NCBI GenBank assembly: GCA_965285935.1
Contig: OZ260667.1
Coordinates: forward strand, 39,928,001-39,992,000
Source: Ophelia neglecta
Taxonomy: Eukaryota
DNA length: 64,000 bases
Direction of reading: 5' to 3'
Both the position numbers and the translations under genes were made by a program. Under the pieces are notes generated by a model, which was not told the DNA's origin, did not search any database, and saw nothing but the letters and a program-made list of their open reading frames with translations. Positions 1 through 13,700 of this stretch are shown one piece after another; the stretch's first letter is position 1, and each line of letters starts with the position of its first letter.

Positions 1-2370
1 AAAGTAGTCCAATAGCAATGTAACATCATATAGTCCCTAGCTAGCACTATAAATAGCTCTAATCCCATATTAATTTTTGGCAAATTTTGATCAATTTAGC
101 ATGTATTTTCCCTAATATAATGCCAATTCAACACAGGAGTGGAATTCTCTCTCACAATATGCAAGATATGAAGCCAGAGCCCATGGCGTCCATAAATTGG
201 CAAAATCAGGTACAGTTTCTAGTTGATATGCAGGTTAGTTTACTTAAGTCAATGCTTCCATGGTCCAACCATTTTTATCAATAGAAGAAGTAACTATGTG
301 TATGTCTATATACATTTAGACATGTTCAGTATACGTATTGCATACTGGCAACTGTGGCTGTGGGTCCATACCATGCACACACTCTACACCATGCATACAC
401 TTCACAATTTATCCTCAGATGACTCCTTGAGGTCAGTGGAGTCAGTTGTAAAGCTATTTATCTATGAATAGCTTGAAATATGGGTGGAGGTCCAGCTATA
501 GATGCCAGACAGTGTTTGCACTGGCTGTTTAAAAATGGGGAAAATAAAGTACATTTCAGGGCAATAGTGTGTCCCAGTCAATACAGGGTCAAATTATTTT
601 GTGTTCTAACCTATTTTTAATGCGTAAAAGCTACTGGGACGGGCAAAGACACTAACCCTGCCTGCTCCCCCTAGAGTAAAACAAATACACATGAATACAA
701 GGAGCCTTCAGTTAGTCATGCATTCATTACATGACTCCTAAGGGTTATTCCACTTAAAAATCTGGACATTTTCTGCCCTCCCCCCCCCCTTCCCTCCCCA
801 CTATTCCAGATGTTCAGACACCTGCACCCCCTCCTACTCCCAAATTTTTATAATTTAATCTTTCTATATATTGCAAAGATTGAGTTGGGTATTTCATTTT
901 AGTTATTTAAAATGGGTATGCAGTACCAGGATCTAAAACAGCTAAACTTCAATAGGTTTTATAATTCAGTCATTCAAACACTAACATAATATAATACACA
1001 TCCTCTTACTTGGAGAAAGACACTCACTAGACAACACTACATATTCTACATCTATGCAACTAACAACACCACTGTTTCCGTCTTTGTAACTAATCAACAA
1101 ATGTTTCTAGGCCTAGTTATCCACTGCATAAATTATTTAAATTCACCAGGGACCTCTGGACGTTTTTCAGATTCAATACTTAGATTTCCATGTTCCGGGT
1201 TAATGTGTCTTGATGTGTAACTAGCCTTATAAATTTGTTTGACCTTTTTTTTTCTCAGGCCTGTTCACCTTGACTATTCCTCAGATCAACCATAGCTAGA
1301 CTTGGCCAACACCCAACTTCTCAATATGGGTAGGTGAGGCAAATTTTGAAAAATGGGAATAACTGCAGGGCCAACTTTTTAATTGGTTAGATAAAAAGGG
1401 CCCCAAACTTTAATTTCAATATAATGGAATCACATTCTAATTTAGAAATGGGCCCTTTTCCTTTATAAGGGGGGTGGCACAAATTCCGACATTCTATGAC
1501 ACTCCCTACCCAGAATTCAGTCTTTTTGCCCCACCTCAGAATGTCAATTTGTTTCAACACCCCCCCCCCTCAACCAACAAATTCTGAGAGTTAACTATCA
1601 TTTCCCTCCCCCTATTATTAAATGGCCTAGTCCTTAAGTTACAGTTAATAGAGTGTTTCTCAGGCACTGGCCTCCTCCTTCCACTAACACCAATCACTTA
1701 TTGTTTATATTGAATGATTACAAATAAAAACTAAGGACAAGTCAGCCATTGTCAGGATCACGAGAGTGGGGTGCACAATACAAGAAAGGTGCTCGCCACT
1801 TTTGGAGCTAGTAAAAAAAAAATCACCCTCTTCCTACATTATCTCTCTCCTCAACATCATGTGCATGCATGTGATAGTGGTTCAATGACTGATGATATAA
1901 TTTCTTTTCCTGTTACAGTCAAAATATCGAGTTTCTTGTGAAAGACATAAATGCCTTAAGGCTAGCCAAGCGGCTATTGTAACCAGACTTCAAAACTAAC
2001 AACCAACTGGTACAAATCAACTAACAAATACTAGACTATAGTAAACCTTAAGGTAAACTAGTCACACAATCATTGGGGGAGATGGGCCAAATCTCTCAAA
2101 ATAAAGGATGACTTGGTCTAGTAAAAGAAAAAGTTAGCTTCAAAGCCTGAATACACAATGCTTTAAAAATAGCATTGAACTGCATTTCCATGCATTCATG
2201 AGGCTAAAAACAACAGTAACCTCCTGCACTCACAATGATATTCTAGTGGGTAAAAATCATCTCATTCTCACCATATAGGCTTGGGCTCATTAGTTAATTA
2301 CCATTGTCCAAACATTATAACAAGTCTGCTCTCATTTCCCTAATAAAGGTAGCAAATAAAATTAAAAATA

Positions 2371-4400
2371 AACTAGGCCAATGCTGTCAGGGGGGCCAAC
2401 AGCAAGGGGTATATCCACGAATGCGTGCAATAGTCGAATGGGGAACATGGCATAAGGTGAGGTAGTGAATATGGTAGTTTTTTGTTGGCACGAAAGATAA
2501 CGACCTTAACTTATTTTTGTTCAGGTCATTAATAAAGTTCACTAGTTAACTTATTACACAGTATTAGCAAACTTATTACACATATTGTAGTAGGTTCTAT
2601 ATGACCTCAATAATAATGCAGGTCATTCTTAAAGTTGGTTCCTTATTACCTCAAAAATAATGCAAAACGACCTTAACTAATCTTTTTTCAGGTCATTAAT
2701 AAAGTTAACAAGTGAACTTATTAGGAGGTTCCTTAAGACCTCAATAATAATGCAAAACGACCTTTACTAAAAAAAATTCCGGTCATTAATAAAGTTAACT
2801 AGTTAACTTATTACCAGTGATATTGCTAGCCTGAATTAGCTTTAGGACATTTGTCCCAAAGGACAAAAATGTTTAGGACAAATGTTGGTTGCCACAGAGC
2901 CCGCATGGGGGGGGGGGAAGGTATACAGGAGGGGGTTTTAAGAGTATGAAGTGACCTTTTTTTTCCCCTCCTGTTGGGGGGGGGGGGGGGGTCTGGAGGG
3001 CCTCGCCCAGGATTTTTTTCAAATTAAGGCACCCTGTTAGCTCTCTTTGGTGCATTTTAATGTAAAAAAAGGTCACTTCATACTCTTAAAAGTTAAGGGC
3101 TCTTCCATTTAAAAAGGTGTGGAGTGGGTGGAAGTGTCCTTTTATGATTTTAAATTTTAGGACCCCCCCCCACGTCAGAAACCACGCCAATTCTGTGATC
3201 CCCCCCCCATCCACTATACTGGGTTAAATTCAAATTGCCCCGTAAACCCGAATTTTTTTTGAGCACCCTCAAATGTGGTATTAAAAAATGAATGGGTGTT
3301 GCATGGAAGGATGACGAAGAAAAATTTAAAATTATTATTTTTATGGGTGATTTGGCTTTATGACCGCCCCCTTGCCCCCATAGGAGGGTGTCACATTTTT
3401 GTGACCCCCCCCCCCCCCCATCAGATGGTGTTCCAATTCTTTGACCCCCCCCCCAAGGATTTGTGCCCCTCCCTCCCCCCCCCCCCACTCCATAGTAAAT
3501 GACCACCCCCTAAGAAGTACTCAGGCACGGTGCCGCCGATGGAAACACTGTAACCCCTTGACTATTTTTCAGTAATAACCATTCGAATATACCCGAAATT
3601 GACAGTGGGCGATAATTTGGAAATTTCACCCAATGGGTTTTCTTTGACCGATTTCAATAATTTTAAAACAAATTATTTGATTTTGAAGAATGTCTTATCA
3701 TAGTATGTAGTCATTGCTTCACTTCTATAAAGTATCTCTCACAATTATATGTAAAACAGTCATGACTTACACAGGAAGCGCCCCGGACAGTGTATATTTA
3801 TCTCAGTTTGCACGCCATGCATCTGATTGGCTGAAACCATGCCATGTTGTAGCCAAGAAGTAGGCCAGATCTTGACCCAATTGTATCTATTTACAGGGCG
3901 ATGCTGATGCGGTATAGGTAGATCTGCGTACCAAGCACGCGGATAAATATATGCTGGCGAAAATTGATTAGTCAACGAACAAAGCACCAAGCCGTTGGCT
4001 TGTTTTTCATTCGGACATTTGTCTGAAACTCCAAATTATTTTCGGCCATTTAAAAAAAAAATCGGCAAATTGCCGATGGCCGACGCCAATCTGAATCCCT
4101 GATTACACAGATTGTATAGTTATTACATGATTAGTAGGTTCCATATGACCTCAATAATAATGCAAAACAACCTTAACTATTTTTTTTTCAGGCCATTAAT
4201 AATGTTAACTAATTAACTTATTACACGGATTGTATATAGTTAACTTATTACACAGATTGTATATATTTATTACATGAATCATTACACAAAACTTGTAACC
4301 AATATGATCTACACTGTCGAATATGTGAAAGAAAATGAGTTAAGGAAATTATATAACATTTTGTTTTGTTGCGTTTCTCAACCAAAAATTACTTGACAAC
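2371..4400 (+). mobile_element. Helentron/HINE-like non-autonomous element with internal satellite array (copy 1, interrupted at 2815-4101, 3' end missing)
   Basis: Shares the 5' end AACTAGGCCAATGCTGTC..GGGGCC.ACAGCAAGGGGTATATCC and the ~99-bp monomer (GGTCATTAATAAAGTTAACTAGTTAACTTATTACACAGATTGTAGTAGGTTCCATATGACCTCAATAATAATGCAAAACGACCTTAACTAA) with copies 2 and 3. Confidence 0.7.
2815..4101. mobile_element. Composite insertion (CAG...CTG-ended MITE with a nested poly-C/G MITE at ~3094-3513) inside HINE copy 1
   Basis: The host monomer is broken at TTATTAC|CAGTG and resumes at CCCTG|ATTACACAG, duplicating ATTAC. The inner segment is bounded by TTAAGGG...CCCCTAA. Confidence 0.5.
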
Positions 4401-6710
4401 TAGGCTAAATCACAGTTATGCTTCAACCCTGATTTTTTCAAACCCTATTTAGAAAAATACATTTACTACAAATTCTACAATTGTTCAGACGGCGGTCTCA
4501 TCTGCTAACTTAAAAATGTTCTTGAAACCAACAGAATACATTTATTCTTATGCATGATACTATGATAGCCCCCCTTGACTGTTAGATTATCCTAAAACCA
4601 ATTCCTGGGGAAAACTACCTATGAGCCCAATCAGCCCATGCTTTGCTGTATTTCCACTGTTTCAAAAGGTCGAGCCACAGCCTTGTTTTTCTCTTCATGA
4701 ATCTTATGCTCTTACTGTTACTGTGTTAATTAGCCCCATGAGGCAATAAATTTACTGTTTAACCATATACTTTACAAAGGTTTAAGCATACTTGTCAAAG
4801 TTGTCATGGCAAAAATAAAGTTCTAGCTTCATTGGGTCGTAATAAATATGACTTAATGGATAGTCCATTTACCTGGTTTACATACTGATAGAAATGTTAA
4901 TATAGATGTGTCCTATGCACAATTTGGCAATGAAGATGGCTTGCTCTGTGCTATAATTTATTCAAACAGGGCAAGTCAGAACATGTGCATTCATGTGCAA
5001 GTACAAGTATATTATCAGCCAATGCCTGATAACTTAATCAGACTACATTTCCTTGAAGTTCAACTATCAGGATATTATAATGCTCAAAGCAATTTTCTGT
5101 AACCAGTACTTCCACTTAATTATTTTAAAGTTCTAGATTCAATTTATTATTTTTTCAGAAGCAAGATGACCCTCATATTACAAGGTGCTAAAATCTGGTA
5201 GGAATAATTTTTTCTATTAATGTGAACTTTTTTTATACCCTAAATCACACACAAACCATAAAAAATGGGTTGGTTAGTCTGGTAATTAAAAAGTTTTGGA
5301 GTTATAATATTCAATAACTGATTAAAGTAGGTTGTAGAATAGTTTTCATTTTAAAATTAAAATCATATGATTTGATTGCAATATTCAGCATCATAGGCTC
5401 AGTGCTGTTATTTGTTAACACATTAAGTTCAAATCTCTGCCAATATTACATACACTTTAATAAATTCTTCATGATTTACCAAAATGATAGCAATATATGT
5501 TTGTTAGCAAATCAAGTCCTCTTACTATCACAATTTACAACTTTTAATGTTCCACTGAAATTGGAAGAACCATAAAAAGTTGTTGCCAACCAATCATCAG
5601 TTGATTCAAGGCTGTATCCAAGCATCAATTGCGAATATTTAACCAATAACCAACACCAACATCTGTGCCTAAACATAAATCTGCATAGTTTTGTCAGACT
5701 GGCAGCCATCACTTTAACAAAGATGCTCAGACACAAGGCTGAGGCTGGATGCTGGAACAGCCCAAAAACATAATGCCTAAGACATATTGTCTCCAACTAA
5801 ACTCCCACACTTGACAGACCAAAACTAAAGCCTGTCAGAGACTATCACCGATCTGAGAAATCTTAACATGCCAATGTCGCAATGTCTGGTGACCAGCGGG
5901 TTTTTGCTAACTCTGACCATGCACAATCATTAACATCACTCTCAAATTAATAATCGTCTTTTTTCTTCACTAGTCAGTATTTTCTTTAGCATAAATAATC
6001 AGAGTTAATATTTTGCTGGTTATTGTTTGTCATTGGATAGGGGTTAAAAGACAGTGACGGAAATAGGCCTACGTAGGACAAGACTCCATAGTAAGATGAT
6101 GCAATCCTGCACTATGGGCTACATGTATACCAAGTACCCTTTATCATACAGCTTTGAAAGCCCACAATACTTAACTTATGCTGGTGATACACACAGTAAC
6201 ACACTGGCGATGGGAGTGCATATATGCTTGTTTCTTTCCTTTGTATACAAGGCCTAGCCTAGGTGTTTTTCAAAGTAAATTCAAAATGAATCAATAGCTT
6301 GCATCAAACTAAATTAGAACTGTGGCTTACTTTATAAATTGTTATTCTCTTTAAAGTTTGAATGCCATTTCCTGTCATAATTGTTTAAATGTACAGAAAA
6401 AATCCTATATTAAAACACATGTTAATTGACAAAATAAAAAGTAAATATTTTGGCCGTATGCAGGGTGTTTCTTTTCGAATACAGTTGATGGGAATTTTCT
6501 GAATGCATGCCAAAAAGGGTAGCTTAAGAATGCGTTGCAAAGGCATGCATTAAGGTGAGGCTGACAGCCATATTGGGTCAGGCGGCTATTTAAATCACCG
6601 GTAGCCGGCCGAAAAGTAACACCCCGTGTACTACAATTTGGCAAGCGGAAGAAACAGCTACACTAAATGGAAAAAAATTATATGACCCATCAATGATAGA
6701 GGTGACTGAC

Positions 6711-7096
6711 CTATATGCTAGTGTCATGCAATCAAACAACTTGGTCAGCGAAGAGTCAATAGCCAGATGTGCTGTGCTTCGAGGACCGAACTGGTATGAA
6801 TTCGATGGATCCTTTTTCGCTGTATCGAAGTCATAGCCTGTTTCGAAGTCATAGCCTTTAGGCTCCTCCTCGTCTTCTTCTTTCACATCTTGAGGTGAAG
6901 TACTGCCATCCTCTCTTTCGTCGTGCACACAACTGACCATGAAGTGGCCAGAGTGGATTGTATTTTCCGTAGATTTATCCAGTACTGAATCCTCCATATC
7001 GAATCCTAACTTTCCAAGACTGAGTTTGGGAGGATTACTGGAATCTCCCGCCTCGTCTATGTCACTTTTAGCCATAATTACTCTCTTTAAACGCAT
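6711..7096 (-). CDS. MLXIP: First coding exon of Mondo-family bHLH-ZIP glucose sensor (MLXIP/MondoA or ChREBP orthologue); rest of gene lies left of the window
   Basis: Translation contains the Mondo conserved regions IHSGHFMVS (MCR I) and IDSSLTKLFDCMTLAY (MCR II). The exon ends at TATAG|GTCAGT (phase-2 donor at 6710), where the family continues with ...AYSGK. The start could be ATG 7096 or the downstream MAKSD ATG. No next exon was recognised in 1-6710. Confidence 0.88.
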
Positions 7097-7139
7097 AATA
7101 ATTTAGTTTGTTTAGCTCCACTAAAACTCGACGAAAACT

Positions 7140-7250
7140 CCGTCGCCATTTTGGTTTAGAGTACTAGTAGTATCTCAAACTGACGTAGGCATGCTAATCA
7201 CCAATCTTTGCACCCCATTGGCCAATCAATGTCTAGGGACCGCCCACCTC
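7140..7250 (-). promoter_or_regulatory. Putative Mondo proximal promoter
   Basis: Just upstream of the exon: YY1-type CGCCATTTT (7144), CRE-like TGACGTA (7181), CCAAT boxes (7201 and the palindromic CATTGGCCAATC at ~7216) and GC box CCGCCC (~7240). Confidence 0.5.
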
Positions 7251-9569
7251 CAACATTTAGCAACACAATATGGTTGTTTGTAGATCTAGGTGTTATTATC
7301 TAAAACACACAATTTGTTTTTATAAAAGATCTGCAGGCACGTGGCGTACAATAACATTTTGTGTCGGTGAACTACGTAGCCGTTTCAACAAAAAGGTTTC
7401 CTTGACACTCATGTTAGAAATACAAAAAGGAACTGGAAACATTGGGGATTCGGCGCTATCTTCCACCGAACAAAGGCATAAATATATGTATTAACAAATT
7501 CCATAGCAGCTCTGTTTTTAACGCATCGGTCCCCTAAATGAGCTCGTATTGTTAACATCATAACAATGGTTGTATGTTTCTGAACAGTTTGGAGGTGATG
7601 CCTTGAATGTGTCTTCTTCAAATTAGAAATAACTCACTAAAAAGATACATGCTTAAGTATGTAATTATCTTCAGCATTATTTAACCTATTAAAGTATGCT
7701 CACTTTTGATCAAGAAAAAAAATATATAATGTAATTGAACTGGGTAAAACGAAAATAACAACAAACATTTATTAAAACTTTAATCTATAATTCATCAGTA
7801 GATAAATATTTGGTACCTTGGTAGGGCACAGGAAGCTGGAACCAATACTGTAAAACCATTCAATTTCGCTGGCCTTAATGTTCCCGGTTTTGACATGCAA
7901 ACTTTTTTGCTGCCCTTTAATTGTGCGCTTTAGAGGCATATGTCCTTAATGGGCTTCTTATTTCTGTGAGCCTTTTAATTTGTGGTTTTGATGCTAAGAG
8001 CAGATGTAAAAAATAAGGGGTTTGTGAAATATAAGGGTTTTACAATATACTGAGTTTTTTTCCTTTCAAATTTTTTTTCAGGCCTTACAGTTTATGTTTA
8101 AGACGGCCGTCTTTTAGATGGGATGCTACATGACATCCTCCCTTTTTGAGGGTTGCTATAAGATAACCACATATATTTTGCCTTGATATAAAAAATAAAA
8201 TGGGCAAATAAATTCTCCCCCACGCTTCTAAACATAGGCTATTATAAATGCTAAAATAAAGATCCTCATTAGCTAGATGATAAGGTCAATTTCCAGTGGC
8301 ATTGCTATAAGAATGCATTTGGCCGTGCATTCCTACCAAAATCTTGGACGGTGTCCCCCCCCCCCCCCCCCCCCAATTATTGAAGTTTCAGTTTATCACA
8401 GACTTAATACACTTATTGTGAGAAGGAAGGGATACCCAAGCCACACTGGACTACTGTTAATAAAATTCGATAACTGGCTAAGTATATTCACATTACAACC
8501 CGGAGACATAAGGTCATATCTAATCAAACTATATTAATTATTAAATTCATAATAACAGTGAGCTTAGCAATACAAAGCACATTGATATAGTATATCTTAC
8601 AAATAGAAGGATTTAACCCGGGGATTTGACGCCGGGATTGGATCTTACATGTACACTACCTTTGTGATTTATATGTTACTGTGATAATGAATGCATTTAA
8701 ATATTAAGAGTTAATACCGCTGATCAGGTTAATTAAACTATAAGTCAAGTCCACATAAGTTAACTCTTTCAATGCCAAAGATTTTTCCAACTACACACCT
8801 ATGTAAGCCAATTCCTTTCCATTTAGACATAAAATTTAAGGTTTCTTGCAGGTCCAACTATTAGTCCTGGTGGCATGAACTTTCACTTAAGTAGTATTCT
8901 TTATTAACTCTTTTTAAGTTTAAGAATATGCGCAAGATTACTTCTACAATCACTTTTTACGATTTTTGTTCATTCACTATTTTGTTCATTGTTTTTTTTT
9001 TTTTTTTTCATTTTTCATTTGTTCATTGAGACTCTAAATATAATGTGGCCCTCAATCTGAAGTGTAACAGTAGCTGTGAAAGGGTTCAGATAATAATTTA
9101 CCTAGCACTGTACATTACTGACCCCATGTGCTTTACTTAACAAACATGATTATGTCATTTCTTGTTTATGCCAGCTATCTTGATCTTTGTAACAAGCGCC
9201 CACGCCTTGAAAAGTGCCCACTCTCTTTCTGCAGAAATCTTTACATTTTGACCTTATGCACTAGTTTATTGGAGGGTTTTAAGCATAAAGATGGAAGAGG
9301 GGATTTCTTACATTTATTCTTGGGTCACAGAAGTACTGAAGTGCCCTGGGCACTTAATACAGACAATACGGTATGGCTTCACTGGGCATAGTCAGAAAAA
9401 AAAACATTAACATTTTTTAATTGAAAATAATAGATGTTGCTTTAATTAGTACAATCTTGTGAGTATGTAAAATTAATATGTGTAACAGTCCATTATGAAA
9501 CTGCCAAAAAACCTCATTACCAACACATCAAAAACATATGCCTGACATCGACATTAATAAGTCCCTTTT

Positions 9570-9940
9570 AGAGACTGGCCATTTGATCTGGGGGGAGGGG
9601 GGGGGGGAGGGGATACAAGTATATTTGTACATGGTGGGGTAATTCTATCCCAGGACATGATGGCAAATCTTTGATTATCATAAATGGATGGGGGGGGGGG
9701 GGGGGCTCTCTAGTCCGCAGTTGGGTTAGACTTCCCTCTGGGAGGAAACGCCCAATTACCATCTTAAAGATGCCCATCTATTGGTCCGCCTGCTTAACAG
9801 AATTGATATTCAGAATGTAACAGAGCAAAATAGGTATTTCTTTCCCATTTTGTGGGATACATTTACCATTTCTTTGAAGAAAACAATTTTTTGTTTTGAA
9901 AAGTAGACAGACGTCTACCCAGATCAAATGGCAAGTTCCT
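9570..9940. mobile_element. MITE with terminal inverted repeats
   Basis: GACTGGCCATTTGATCTGGG at the left and CCCAGATCAAATGGCAAGTTC at the right, with TTTA/TTAA flanks and poly-G tracts inside. Confidence 0.7.
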
Positions 9941-10300
9941 TAAAAATATGAATGCACAGTGAAAAGAAAAAAGTTAAATGCCATCAGCTTAAATCAACCT
10001 TATACATACTGGAAAGAGGCAATGTGGATACTTATCTAACTATGTGGAATGTATGAAGACTCCATTGCCATTTATTATACATGCAGTATGAAATTAGCTT
10101 CTCTTTTTGGACTTTTCACAATCTCCAGTACAATGTACTGTTAATACCAACTGCTTTCAATGCACATGGAAGTATAAAACAGTGTTAAATATCACACTTT
10201 TTACCAAAAAAAATCACATAAGTCAAAGCTGAGTACAAAATTTGTATATATAGAACAACAATTTTTCATTACTTTTAACAAATTCATTAATTAACATCAT

Positions 10301-10367
10301 GAAATGCATTTAACCCCATAATTGCTATTATTTGAAATGCATTTAACCCCATAATTGCTATTATTTG
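10301..10367. repeat. Exact 33-bp tandem duplication in the presumed CPD 3' UTR
   Basis: GAAATGCATTTAACCCCATAATTGCTATTATTT occurs twice in succession. Confidence 0.9.
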
Positions 10368-10756
10368 AGCAAATTCAACAAAGGTCCTCTCAAATCAGCC
10401 ATATATATAAATCAAGTTCACTAGAGGTTATATTTCACTTCAAAAGCAATGTAAGTACATGTAAGTTTATATAAATCACTGTAATAATCAGACTTATGGT
10501 ATGCATCATACTAATTAAAACACAAAATAAAGTTGTAGTCTTACCGTTATGTAATATATGATCACACTGCTTTTATACCGGATAAACATTATCAAATCAA
10601 GCTTTGAATGGTTTTGTATCTTGGTGAATTAGAATAGCATCAACATTATTTGAAAGACACATTTACATTAAAGTTAATGATTTGCGCAGCAATTTAGATA
10701 ATTATGTAAAATTATAAAGAGTACATAGAGATATTTATATCCTGTCATTGAACAAG

Positions 10757-13700
10757 TTATGTGGCCATGGGTTGTGAGAACTCTTCTTCAGATTCACTGT
10801 CATGATATGCTTGTAGCAGCTTGGCACTGGCCTCATCCGTCTTTTCATCCCGAAAGGTCAATGCAGGCGTGCCAGGGGCTGCATAATGGGTAAGGTAGTC
10901 ATCTTCGTAGTATTCTTCATTGTTTTCTAAGGGTCTGAACCCTTTGTAGCTGCGCAGACGTGACTGGCGTTTCTGCTTGCGGAAGCACACCATGATGACC
11001 AGAGTGGCCAGAACCAACAGCATAGCCAGAGCTGAAAATGTGAACTCAACATGAAAGTTGTATTTACCTAGTAGTCACTGGATGCATCAGATAAACTAGG
11101 CCAATGCTGTCGAGGGGCCGACAGTAAGGGGTATATCCGCGAATGCGCGAAATAGTCGATTGGTGAACATGGTATAAGGCGGAGTAGTAAATAGGGTAGT
11201 TTTTAGTTGGCACAACAGAGAACAAGGTAATTTTTGTTCAGGTCATTAATAAAGTAAACAGTTAACTTATTACACAGACTGTAGCAGGTATCATATGACC
11301 TCAATGATAACGCAAAATGACCTTAGCTAATTTTTTTCAGGTCATTAATAAAGTTATGCGGCGGCGGCTTAGCACACATGTTCCAGTAGGTTCCGTTTGA
11401 CCTCAATAATAATACAAAAGGACCTTAACTAATTTTTTTTAGATCAGTAATCAAGTTTACTAGTTAACTTATTACACAGATTGTAGTAGGTTCTAATAGA
11501 CCTCAATGATAATGCTAAAGACCTTAACTAATTCTTTTCAGGTCATTAATATAGTTGGTTCCATATGACCTCAATTATGCAGCAAAACGACTGTAACTAA
11601 TTTTTTTCAGGTCATTAATAAAGTTAACTAGTTAACTTATTATACAGATTGCAGTAAGTTCCATATGTTGTCTGGACTTTTCGAGTGGGCACCAGTTCGA
11701 GCGGTGGCTATACTGGTCTTAAACAGACTGATTTGGAAATGAAATAACAGCATAAATATGCGCCAAACTTGTGCAAGTTCAGTAATATAGCTACATTACC
11801 AAGATTGAAAGGCTCACCACCTATTTGACCAGAATCAAATCAGTTCCTCCTCTCAATAAGGTCTATGGCTGTGTCAAATTTGAAAAAGATGTACGAAATG
11901 TTTTTTGAGTTATCGGTGGCGCTACTGATTCCATAATATCCGCATTTCGCAGATATAATTACACAACTCAGAACTACTGGAGTTCCCTGAGAGTAAGAGT
12001 ACCCAGTTCTATGGTCATAAAGGATGGAATGGACTCCAGAGGTGTTTCTACTATAATTGACTTACCAACTACTATCACCACAATTTTAGGAGATATGCCA
12101 AGTAAACTCTTGTCCCGTTTTAATGCAAAGAATTCAACATGTATAGCAGTTTGTGGATTTGGTATCACAATTTCCTGAAACAAAAATAAAACATAAAAAA
12201 CATTACAGCAACAACATTAGAATAAACAAAAGTAACCTGAAGATGTCATATTAAAATTAAAGGATGTTCCATTACAAGTTGCACTAGGATGTGTGTTTAA
12301 TTCATCACAAACCTTGGTGATGTCTTGGAAGTTTTTAGCATGCACCCTCAAACTGTATTTTCCTGGAAGGAGGACACGCCAGAAGTATCCATCCTCTGTG
12401 GTGTGCACATCGCTGAGATGGCCACTTACACTTATGGTAGCCCCTTCTATGGCCCACCCTTGTTCATTTGTAACTCTGCCCTTCACACCACGGTGAACCT
12501 GGAAACAACAATAACACCTTTTTTTACTAATGATAATATGCCAAGCTGAAAATGTATAAAGAGTTAGGATATTTCAGAACCAATATTAACATATAAGAGA
12601 TATTTGAGTCCCTTGGGTTTAACCAACCTGTCTAATGGTTTCCAGCAAGGCATGGCTGTTGTCATTCCATGCCTGAGCCAGGCTGCTGTCATCAATGTAC
12701 ATGCAGCAGCCGGTGTATACACTCAACTCCAGAGTGTGGCCATACTGATAACCCCAGTCCTAGAGTGGGAACATAAAGGAATCATAAACACCTGCCAGAG
12801 TAAAGTATTTTCAAGAACCTTGGTAGTGGCAGTTGTGTACAGATGCTCAAATAAGGCTGATTGGAATTTTTGACCATTTAATGAGCTTGTAAATGTAAAA
12901 ATCAAAATTTGAATATAAAGTTACTCTATGTGTGGCAGTGCAATCTAATTCCGGGCAATAAGCCACTCAGCAGAGTTTGAGGCAGTCTGAAGCCACCTAC
13001 CTGAATAGTGCCTGGCTTGTTCTGCCACTTGGCACCATTGACAATTCCTCCAGTAAACAGTTCTCCTGAGTAATGAGAACATAGGTGGATGTAAACTAGC
13101 ATGCCATATCAAATTAAATGGGGATGTTTAAGAGATGATTGCACTAAGAGGTCATTTTAATAGACTGGAATATTTATTTTGTGCATAAAACCTTCCCCTA
13201 ATCCTGATTTACACTCGTACATAGCTCTGTTATCCAGAATTCTTAATTACTGTGAATCCCTATACTGCTCAATTCCGAATTCCCCCAAAATCCACACAAC
13301 GCTTCTACTTTTTAATGGAACAGTCCTTATATGGTTAACTTTAAAATCATTTTACCAGTTGCTTTGCATTGGAGGCCTTGCATCATTGTTGGATGGTTTC
13401 GGGCATATGTTTTTGCCAGATGCTTGAAAACAGCATCATCTGGTGTAGTGGTAGAACTGTTCACCAAGCCACCTGAAATGATAATGGACATATAAACGGA
13501 TAAAACCTCTATTAATGAGTTTATTTATGAGAGGTTTCCTCCTATGTGAGTTCACCGGCTAGATTCTACTGTTGGCTACATTGTTCTCATAAACCAGGCA
13601 TACATTTTAATGTACAATGAACATGTATTCACAGATTCAAATAATCATTGCCTTATCAAAAGAGTACTAGATACCTTGATGATTGTAAGGATACACTGCC

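Noticed and set aside
2873-3506. Gly/Pro-rich ORFs
   Set aside because: Translations of poly-G/C tracts in MITEs.
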